Below are positions 20,261 to 27,970 of a stretch of 41,745 bases of DNA, piece by piece. The notes beneath the pieces are model-generated. The model saw only the letters and a list, made by a program, of their open reading frames with translations, ran no database searches and was not told where the DNA came from. Location of the stretch: contig CAYOWB010000003.1 in assembly GCA_964407515.1 (NCBI GenBank), positions 1-41,745 of the forward strand. Direction: 5' to 3'. This DNA is from an uncultured Bacteriovoracaceae bacterium (GTDB lineage: Bacteria; Bdellovibrionota; UBA1018). The position numbers and the translations under genes were made by a program. Position 1 is the first letter of the stretch. The number at the start of each line of letters is the position of its first letter.

Positions 20261-20968
20261 ATGGTGTGGCTGCGGCCCGTTTCTGATAAGGAATACTGTC
20301 ATGACCGGCTTGGAGCAGGCTTCTCTGGTGCCTTATCCGATTACGATACTCAACGACGAGTTGAGGTGCTGATCGGAGACTTTTTGGCAGATGAGGACCT
20401 CAATGGAAAAGAGGTGCTCGACGTGGGATGCGGATCTGGCCATTTCAGTCATGCCTTAAAGATGCGCGGTGCTCATGTTACGGCTTGCGATATTGGGCCC
20501 AACCTGGTGGCGCACGTTGCCGCAACGGTAGGTTGCAATGCGGTGGTCGCTGATGCCATGTCTCTTTCGGCCAAGTTCGGTTGTGGCCGGTTTGACTTAG
20601 TGGTGTCTTCGGAGTGTATTGAACACACGCCTGACCCGATAAAGTGTCTTTCCGAGTTTTCAAAGGTACTAAAACCTAACGGACTTCTGGTCGTCAGTAC
20701 CCCAAACCTCCTCTGGCAGCCCGTCGTACGACTCGCTAGTAGGATAAGAGCCCGTAGATTCGATGGACTGGAGAACTTTATCTCGTGGAGTGCGTTCCGT
20801 GATGCGCTCGAAGGGAACGGCGTCGGCATACTTCGCGAGTCAGGCCTCCACCTGTTTCCATTTCAGATTCCGTTCCATGGGGTGTCTCGTTGGTGTGACA
20901 GAAATCTGCAACGCCTTAGCTTCGTCATGATTAACATGTGCATTATGGGACGGAAGCAGGCAGGCTAG
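20261..20968 (+). CDS. Class I SAM-dependent methyltransferase
   Basis: VLDVGCGSGHFSHAL (motif I), FDLVVSSECIEH, LKPNGLLVVSTPN. AAGGAG lies 8 nt upstream of ATG 20261. The track start at 20189 is a TTG. Confidence 0.85.
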   Translation: MVWLRPVSDKEYCHDRLGAGFSGALSDYDTQRRVEVLIGDFLADEDLNGKEVLDVGCGSGHFSHALKMRGAHVTACDIGPNLVAHVAATVGCNAVVADAMSLSAKFGCGRFDLVVSSECIEHTPDPIKCLSEFSKVLKPNGLLVVSTPNLLWQPVVRLASRIRARRFDGLENFISWSAFRDALEGNGVGILRESGLHLFPFQIPFHGVSRWCDRNLQRLSFVMINMCIMGRKQAG

Positions 20969-20976
20969 GGAAAGTG

Positions 20977-22575
20977 ATGAGGTTTTCGGTCCTGCTTTTG
21001 TTCCTTAGTAAAAGAGTTAGAGACCGACGTCTCCTGGTCGTCATTGTAAGCACGGTACTGTTGGCGGCGGGAATATGGGGCGCAAACCTGAAGGCCGAAT
21101 GGTCGATTGTTGATGACCACGAGATTCACCATTTTCTTGGTAAAGACCACAAGATGGGATGGGGAGAAATTCCCGGGACCCTGTTACAGACGGAGGTTGG
21201 AAATGTTGGACATTCAGTGCGATATCGGCCTGCTTACTACCTGCTCCGTCTCATGGAATGTGCCGTATTCGGAGACCATGTCCACAGTTGGTATCTTTTC
21301 CGTATAGTTATATATGCGTTGTTTATTGCAGCATTGTGGCTTGTGCTAAGCCGGTACGGCAGTTTCTGGTATGTATCCGTCACAACGATCTTAGTTGCGC
21401 TACAACCTTTTTGGAAAGACGTCTTCGGAAGACTAGGTCCCGCGGAAATCTATGCGGCCCTTGGAGCGGCACTGTTCCTATTGGGGTGGAGTCTATACGA
21501 CAGTAGTACTGTGCGGCCTCGATCTTTGCTCGATTCTGTTGCTCCTCTGGCGGTTCTTGCCGGTGGAGTTACACTGGTCGGCGTAAAAGAGAACATGGCC
21601 GTAGTTCTTCTTCCTGTGCTGATCTGGCTGTATTTCCTCGGCACGAAAGACAAACGACCATGGGGTATTATTAGCTCGCTTGTTCTCGTAAGTCTTTTTT
21701 CAGTATTTATTGCAGGCGCGATTGCTTATGGGCTCGTTCGTCAGGGCTCTGACGTCTACGGGCAAGATATCTCAATGCTTTCCAGAGTGCGCTCAATGAT
21801 GTCCGGAATCCGAGGTGTCAACTGTGTGCCGATAATCGTGTGGGTTCTGTCTTGTGGACTTGCCTGGGTCGTTTTGAGCTGGCTTAGGAAGGTGCCTGCA
21901 GCCACCGGGCGGCCTCAGTGCGGCAGAAGCATTGCCTGGAGTCATCTAACACTGCAAACAGCTCTTCTGGCGGGCTATCTCATACAGGTACTGTTCTATA
22001 ACGGGCGTATTCCCATTGGTGGCCGTTACGACTTCCCTGGCGTGGTGATTTTAATCGTATCAATGTTCTTTTTTGGGAGCTTTTTGTCGTGGCTCCTTAT
22101 TGCCTGGCTCGGATGTCGGAAGTTGGCTTGGGCAGGTCAGGCGTTGATGCTTGGATGCATAATGTGGCTGTTTCCGCCTAAGCCGGTAGAGCTGCGAACT
22201 GCTGTACAGGAAAATGTGAATACCACTCGCTCGTTCACCCATTCATTAATGGAACTTGTAAATTCGGCTAAAGCTGCCCCGGCGTCGACGGTTATCTTAG
22301 TCAGCCATAGTCAAGGTGATTATGAACCGGTTTTTTCAGTACAGCGGTATCTTACTGCTTTTGGAGTGGCTAATCCGCTTAGTCTTCGGCTTATGGGTTA
22401 TGCCTCAGCAGATATGGATGAGCCATTTTGGCGGAAGCTTGTTGTTGAACTTGAAGGGCTGGCTGGTGGCGGCAAGGGCTTTCTTGCCTTCAGTCATGAG
22501 ATGGAAGAGGACTGTCTGGCGGTTGTGCTATCGAGCGGCAAGAAGTACTGTCGGCAGTCTTGGCGGCTTTTCTAA
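20977..22575 (+). CDS. Polytopic membrane protein, GT-C-like
   Basis: About 532 aa. After TM1: LKAEWSIVDDHEIHHFLGKD ... RYRPAYYLLR, with at least 10 hydrophobic helices and a soluble C-terminal ~130 aa. ATG 20977 follows the previous stop (20968) by 8 nt. Confidence 0.6.
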   Translation: MRFSVLLLFLSKRVRDRRLLVVIVSTVLLAAGIWGANLKAEWSIVDDHEIHHFLGKDHKMGWGEIPGTLLQTEVGNVGHSVRYRPAYYLLRLMECAVFGDHVHSWYLFRIVIYALFIAALWLVLSRYGSFWYVSVTTILVALQPFWKDVFGRLGPAEIYAALGAALFLLGWSLYDSSTVRPRSLLDSVAPLAVLAGGVTLVGVKENMAVVLLPVLIWLYFLGTKDKRPWGIISSLVLVSLFSVFIAGAIAYGLVRQGSDVYGQDISMLSRVRSMMSGIRGVNCVPIIVWVLSCGLAWVVLSWLRKVPAATGRPQCGRSIAWSHLTLQTALLAGYLIQVLFYNGRIPIGGRYDFPGVVILIVSMFFFGSFLSWLLIAWLGCRKLAWAGQALMLGCIMWLFPPKPVELRTAVQENVNTTRSFTHSLMELVNSAKAAPASTVILVSHSQGDYEPVFSVQRYLTAFGVANPLSLRLMGYASADMDEPFWRKLVVELEGLAGGGKGFLAFSHEMEEDCLAVVLSSGKKYCRQSWRLF

Positions 22576-22599
22576 TATTCGAACTGATCATTGGGCGAT

Positions 22600-23568
22600 A
22601 TGATGGAGAAGAAAAAGGTACTAATTGTAGCGCCGGCCTTTAACGAGGTAGCTGTGCTGCCCGCTTTTTTAGATGGGTTTTATTCATTGAGGGAGCAGGT
22701 GGCTGGCGGGGTCGACTTACGGCTCTTGGTGGTCGATGACGGATCGAACGACGGTACAGATCAGCTACTAAGAGACGCGGTCAAGCGGCGCCCAGATGTG
22801 GTTTCCTCTATTTCGCTCTTGGGTAATTTCGGGCACCAGGCAGCTCTTATTGCGGGCATGTACTGTGGCAGGAAGTGGCCAGACGCCATTGTCACAATGG
22901 ATTGTGATCTCGAGCATCCGTTCGCCGTTATCCCGAAGATGATTGAAATCTGGGAGAGAGACCGAGCGGTGTTGGTGAACTCTTTGCGAAGTGTCGATCA
23001 TCGACTCCCTGTTATGAAGAGGTTATTTTCAAAAGCGTTTTACATTGTAGCGAGACGGATGACTGGGATCAGTATTCGCGAGGGGAATGCTGACTTTCGC
23101 CTCTGGGATGCTAGCGTGATCAGGAGCTTGGCAAGAGGCTTGTTCTCTGTTGGATCGCTTCGGATTTTCGCTAGCTGGTTGCCTGGGAAAAAGTCTGAAG
23201 TGCATTACGATCAACATGTGCAAGTCGGGCGCCGAAGCCGGTTCACTCTCGGGAAGAACCTTGAGCTAGCTTCAGTCAGTCTCGTTAGGTTTTCGAGCTT
23301 GCCGTTGAAGGCCATTCTCATATCTGGAGGATTCGGCCTGATTTTCTCAATGGTGTATGCGCATTATGTGGTCTGGATGTTCTATCGGGGGATGGCGTTG
23401 CAAGGCTGGAGTAGTACTGTCCTCCTAATTCTTTTCCTTGGTTCGCTGAATCTATTTGCCCTTGGTATCATGGCTACATACCTTCAAAGACTTGTGTTTT
23501 CTAAAGATTTGCCGATGTTTCTCGTGCGGACTGCAGAGGGAAGCGTTCTTTCGGTCGATGAAAATTAG
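22600..23568 (+). CDS. GT2 polyprenyl-phosphate glycosyltransferase (GtrB/ArnC/DPM1-like)
   Basis: VLIVAPAFNEVAVLPAF, LLVVDDGSNDGT, FGHQAALIAGM, TMDCDLEHP. Two C-terminal TM helices follow (ILISGGFGLIFSMVYAHYVVWMF; TVLLILFLGSLNLFALGIMATYL). This is the GtrB architecture. Confidence 0.8.
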   Translation: MMEKKKVLIVAPAFNEVAVLPAFLDGFYSLREQVAGGVDLRLLVVDDGSNDGTDQLLRDAVKRRPDVVSSISLLGNFGHQAALIAGMYCGRKWPDAIVTMDCDLEHPFAVIPKMIEIWERDRAVLVNSLRSVDHRLPVMKRLFSKAFYIVARRMTGISIREGNADFRLWDASVIRSLARGLFSVGSLRIFASWLPGKKSEVHYDQHVQVGRRSRFTLGKNLELASVSLVRFSSLPLKAILISGGFGLIFSMVYAHYVVWMFYRGMALQGWSSTVLLILFLGSLNLFALGIMATYLQRLVFSKDLPMFLVRTAEGSVLSVDEN

Positions 23569-23831
23569 GAATCTATATGTCATCCATGACAAACATCAGG
23601 AGACAAGCGACTGCGTAGGTTGGTGGCCTCTCCAGAGTAAAACGAGAACTAACTGATGAGTGCCGAGGCCTCCGCTTCTTTCGGGTTGGATGCTGATAAT
23701 GGGGCCTGTCCTGCGGATTTCGGGTATTAGGCAAGAGAGGGTTGTGGCCGTTATGAGGTCTGGTAGCTCTTGTCGACAGATCCCTCTTTGTGTCATGTTT
23801 TCGGCAGCTGAAGTCGTGAGGTAACTAAGGA

Positions 23832-24683
23832 ATGAATAGCTCGTATCTGATGGGCGCTGCAGCAACGGAAGAACTCCATATTGCCAGCGGACACATTGAA
23901 CAGCGTTATTGGAGAGATGTCTGGCGCTATCGGGAGCTATTTATGTTTCTAGCCTGGAGAGACATTCTCGTCCGCTATAAGCAGACCGTTATTGGTCTTA
24001 GTTGGAGCATCATCCGACCACTTATGACTATGGTGGTCTTCTCCATAGTTTTTGGCCGACTGGCGGGGCTTTCCTCTGGTTCGGTCCCATACATCCTCCT
24101 AGTGGGGGCCGCTACGTTGCCATGGCAGTTCTTTTCCAATGCACTTGGTGAGTGCAGTGCAAGTGTCATTGGAAACGCAGGTATGGTTTCTAAGGTCTAC
24201 TTCCCCAGGGTTATCATTCCGGTCAGCGCAGTGATTGTAAGCATTGCTGACTTCCTGATAGGATGTTCGATCCTTTTCTTTGTAATGGCTTTTTATAAGG
24301 TGGTGCCTAGCTGGCGTTTGCTGTGGTTACCCGCCTTTTTTGGAATAGCGGCTCTAGCGGCTCTAGGAGCAGGGTTATGGATGGCTGCTCTTACGGTGAG
24401 ATACAGGGACTTTAGACATGTTGTGCCGTTCTTGCTTCAGATTGGCTTCTATGTTTCACCTATTGGCTATAGCTCCAGCTTAGTTCCGCAGAAATGGCGG
24501 CTGTTGTATTCGCTGAACCCAATGGTTGGAGTAATTGATGGATTTCGCTGGGCGATACTGGGAGGGAATACGGAACTCTACTGGCCGGGGTTCTGCCTGT
24601 CGGTGGCTCTTGTTGTGGCTATTCTTGCCATTGGGGTAAGAGTGTTTAGAAGACTTGAATCGGAATTCGCCGATGTTATCTGA
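23832..24683 (+). CDS. wzm: ABC-2 type polysaccharide export permease (Wzm/TagG/KpsM family)
   Basis: YWRDVWRYRELFMFLAWRDILVRYKQTVIGLSWSIIRPLMTMVVFSIVF is the ABC-2 permease N-terminal signature. Six hydrophobic helices. AAGGA lies immediately upstream of the ATG. Confidence 0.9.
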   Translation: MNSSYLMGAAATEELHIASGHIEQRYWRDVWRYRELFMFLAWRDILVRYKQTVIGLSWSIIRPLMTMVVFSIVFGRLAGLSSGSVPYILLVGAATLPWQFFSNALGECSASVIGNAGMVSKVYFPRVIIPVSAVIVSIADFLIGCSILFFVMAFYKVVPSWRLLWLPAFFGIAALAALGAGLWMAALTVRYRDFRHVVPFLLQIGFYVSPIGYSSSLVPQKWRLLYSLNPMVGVIDGFRWAILGGNTELYWPGFCLSVALVVAILAIGVRVFRRLESEFADVI

Positions 24684-24703
24684 AATGGAGTAAGCTTCCT
24701 TTC

Positions 24704-25912
24704 ATGCGGATAGCGGTAGTTTCCGATTACTTTGATAATGGTGGTGCCGGGATCGCTTGTTCTCGGCTTGTTAAGGGAATGGCATCTGCAGGTCATCGTG
24801 TGGATCATTTTGCCCCTAGTAGCCAGGCAGCGAACTGCGTTCCGTACCACTCTGATGAGACTCCTGAGTACCGGCGGATACTTGTTAGTGGGGGCTTGAA
24901 TTTCCGTGGTGCCTCGCGCTTTTTGCGTACAGTCCCTCCCGACTGGAGGAAGCGAATCGAATGCGGGCTTTGGTCTCGCTCCTTGGCTGAGCTCATCAAA
25001 GACAGAATCGATGACGTAATTTGGATGCACAATATCCATCAATCTCCATGGAGCCTCTCCACTGTGTTGGCATTGAGAAGGCTTGCGCCTGTAGTCTGTA
25101 CCATGCACGATTGCTGGTTCAGTCATGGATATGCATATGAATACCCAGCCTTGAGAGGGCGCAAAAGAATCGTCATCGACCCGTCCTGTGGTGCTTCTTG
25201 GCAGCGAGAAAAGCTGTTCCGCAAGGACTCTGGTGTCCTGTGGGTTACCCCCTCGGAGTGGCTTCGCGGTGAGGTCCTCTTGAAATTTCCGTCAGCTAAT
25301 GTGCAGTGCATACCGAACGGGATTGATCCGGCTAACTATCGCATTGTGGATCGAGGTATTGCCCGTCAGGCTCTTGGGATTCCGGTCGACCGGAGAGTCA
25401 TCGCCCTTTCCTCCGTCGATTTGTCCGACGACCGTAAAGGAGTAGACATTGTAATCGAAGCGTTAAACCGGTCCCGTGAATGCTCGGACGTCCTCCTGTT
25501 GGGGCTGGGAGGCGGCACGACGCCTTCGGAGCTTGCTTCCAGGTATTTCTCCTTTGGATATGTTAAGAACACCGAGCTTCAGTCTTTGATTTATAGTGCC
25601 GCTGATGCGCTTGTTATCCCCAGTAGAGTAGATAACCTTCCAAATGTGGGAATAGAGGCTTTATTCTGCGGTGTTCCAATTATTGCCTCAAATAGCGGCG
25701 GCCAGAGGGAGTTGGCGAGCCATGGCTGCGGTGTGGTTTTTCCAATTGAGAGCCAGCCGGTGAATTTGCCGCTGCTTCTTCAGCAGGCAAAGAAACTCGG
25801 TGAAGACCGAAGTGTCCTTAGAGAAAGGGCCATCAAGAAGTATTCTTTGCAGCAAGCGGTCATGAGGTATTCAGCAGCGTTCACTTCAACTAAGCTGCGG
25901 CAGAACTCCTAA
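24704..25912 (+). CDS. GT-B fold glycosyltransferase, family 4 type
   Basis: MRIAVVSDYFDNGGAGIACSRL at the N-terminus. The C-terminal domain has LVIPSRVDNLPNVGIEALFCGVPIIASNSGGQRELA (E-x7-E region). Confidence 0.85.
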   Translation: MRIAVVSDYFDNGGAGIACSRLVKGMASAGHRVDHFAPSSQAANCVPYHSDETPEYRRILVSGGLNFRGASRFLRTVPPDWRKRIECGLWSRSLAELIKDRIDDVIWMHNIHQSPWSLSTVLALRRLAPVVCTMHDCWFSHGYAYEYPALRGRKRIVIDPSCGASWQREKLFRKDSGVLWVTPSEWLRGEVLLKFPSANVQCIPNGIDPANYRIVDRGIARQALGIPVDRRVIALSSVDLSDDRKGVDIVIEALNRSRECSDVLLLGLGGGTTPSELASRYFSFGYVKNTELQSLIYSAADALVIPSRVDNLPNVGIEALFCGVPIIASNSGGQRELASHGCGVVFPIESQPVNLPLLLQQAKKLGEDRSVLRERAIKKYSLQQAVMRYSAAFTSTKLRQNS

Positions 25913-26612
25913 AACGTCCAAACAGCTTTTGCTTTATGCTTCGCAGATAGGCTGATCGGTGCAGGAAGGAATACTCCCTGCCGGTCCCGGAAACGTGAAC
26001 TAATATAAAGCCCATCTGCCGAAGCTGCTCAAGGGCTGTTTCCGTATCAGACCAGGAGAACCCGTGGAGTCCATGATGAAACTCGACCAAAAGCTGGGTG
26101 ATCGGGACCGGTTTAGAACTTAACTCCGAAATTACGGCGTATTCGGAACCTTCAATATCCATTTTTAGAACGTCGATGTGTTGATGACCGCGCTCCGCCA
26201 GTATGGTTGTGAGTCTTTTCACTGGAAGCTGCATGGGGGCAGTGTCTTTTCTCGAGTACGACAAGCTTACATGCTGGGGGTTCTCCGGCATGAAGAACTC
26301 CAGTGTGCCGTCAATGTTGTGGACGCCGTGCGGGTTCATTACAAATCTGCCCGAAATGCCGGCATTTTTCGCGAATGAGATCGCGCGCGGAGTAGGATCA
26401 AAAGCGTGTACTAAGACGCCAAACTTTTCGATTAATCCCGAATCCCAGGAGATATCCTCCCCAACCCCGAATGAATAGACCACCGAGCCGGAATTAATGA
26501 GCGTAGGGCAAAAGGTCCAACAGCCGTATTCGCTTCCTAACGACATAAGCTCGGGAAGTAATGCCTTTCTCAAGCTGTTCGTTATACGTTGAAAAACTGA
26601 CCGTAGCTTCAT
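25890..26612 (-). CDS. FkbM-family SAM-dependent methyltransferase
   Basis: VVYSFGVGEDISWDSGLIEKFGVLVHAFDPTP and IDVLKMDIEGSEYAVI are the FkbM family motifs. Its 3' end overlaps the convergent GT4 gene by 23 nt. Confidence 0.85.
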   Translation of the reverse strand: MKLRSVFQRITNSLRKALLPELMSLGSEYGCWTFCPTLINSGSVVYSFGVGEDISWDSGLIEKFGVLVHAFDPTPRAISFAKNAGISGRFVMNPHGVHNIDGTLEFFMPENPQHVSLSYSRKDTAPMQLPVKRLTTILAERGHQHIDVLKMDIEGSEYAVISELSSKPVPITQLLVEFHHGLHGFSWSDTETALEQLRQMGFILVHVSGTGREYSFLHRSAYLRSIKQKLFGRFRSSAAA

Positions 26613-26690
26613 AGGGCTCTCTGCTTTCCGGAGAATGACACAGGAACTAAAGGCTTTTCTTCAATCCTGGTAAGAGGATATGGTAATTCC

Positions 26691-27960
26691 ATGGATACCG
26701 TAGTTCAAGTCGAGGCGCTGTCAAAGCGATATCAGATTAGGCACCAGTCTCGGGCTCGGGATGTCACCTTTCGCGAGGCAGTGTCTCAGTCGCTCCGGAG
26801 GGCTTTTACTCGCACTCTAGGTAGAAAGGTTCAGCCGACGCCGAACACAGAAGAGTTTTGGGCGTTGCGTGACGTCTCGTTCAAGGTCCAAGCGGGGGAC
26901 CGCATTGGGATTATTGGGAGAAACGGAGCTGGCAAGTCTACTCTGCTAAAGGTCTTGAGCCGGATCACTCAGCCTACCCTTGGAAGGGTGATCCTCCGCG
27001 GCCGCGTTGCAAGTCTATTGGAGGTCGGGACAGGCTTTCATCCCGAGCTTTCTGGCCGCGAGAATATCTTTCTGAATGGTGCCGTCTTGGGTATGAGTCA
27101 GGCGGAAATTCGGAAGAAATTCGACGCAATCGTTGCGTTCGCCGACGTAGAGAAGTTTCTTGATACGCCGGTGAAGCGCTACTCGAGTGGAATGTATGTG
27201 CGCCTCGCATTTGCTGTTGCCGCCCATCTAGAGCCAGAGATCCTTATTGTTGACGAAGTACTGGCTGTGGGTGACTCCCAGTTCCAGAAGAAATGTATCG
27301 GAAAGATGGAAGAAGCGGGACGCGAGGGTAAGACTATCCTTTTCGTAAGCCACAACATGCTCACAGTAGGAGCTATTTGTAACCGTGGTCTTGTCCTGCG
27401 TAATGGACAGGTGACCTTTGATGGAAAGGCAAAAGCAGCAATCGAGCACTACTTGGATGTCGCCCAGAGTGGAATGTCGCTCGACTTGTCGTCTAGGACG
27501 GACCGCTCGGGGGATGGCAGATTTCGCTTCACTAAGGCTTGGGTGGAGGGGGTCCGGACGGATTACCGAATCGGTCGTAAGTGGAGAGGATGTCAGACTT
27601 GTTGTCGAGTATGAGTCATCTGATGGGAAGCCAGTCATCGATATGCAAACTGCGATTGCTCTGAACGGAGCATATGGGGAGCAAATTGCGGATCTATGGA
27701 GCGCGGCCGCCGATGACACATGGAGTAGTGCTCCTGCCAAAGGGCGGATCGTTTGCACCTTGCCGCGCTTACCTCTAAATGCTGGGCGGTATTCGTTTAA
27801 CGTCTGTGGTAGGGCTCAGCAACAAGTGGCAGATTTCTTGATGTACGCCGGCAGTTTCGAGGTGCTGCAGGGGGACTTTTTCGGCACAGGTAAAATGCCT
27901 GATCCGCATCAGGGTTACTTCTTACTGCAGCAGCGCTGGCTTAATGTGCCGTCGGAATAG
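26691..27960 (+). pseudogene. wzt: ABC transporter ATP-binding protein Wzt with a C-terminal glycan-binding-type domain, frameshifted at a G5 run (ORFs 26691-27614 and 27418-27960)
   Basis: NBD motifs: GIIGRNGAGKSTLLKVL (Walker A), YSSGMYVRLAFAVA (signature), ILIVDEVLAVGD (Walker B), LFVSHNM. After ...RSGDGRFRFTKAWVEG the frame is lost. The +1 frame continues SGRITESVVSGEDVRLVVEYESSDGKPV...GRYSFNV..., which is Wzt_C-like. Confidence 0.85.
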
Positions 27961-27970
27961 CGAGTCAGAT

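Noticed and set aside
24712-24719. AGCGGTAG, a 7/8 match to the ops/JUMPstart core GGCGGTAG used by RfaH in polysaccharide operons.
   Set aside because: It is an imperfect match and lies inside the GT4 coding sequence (codons 3-6), not in a 5' leader. It is likely a chance occurrence.
27540-27560. Programmed ribosomal frameshifting as an explanation for the wzt frame change (and the gmd one).
   Set aside because: There is no recognisable slippery heptamer plus downstream structure, and no known precedent in these families. A simple 1-nt indel in a short homopolymer is the more economical explanation.
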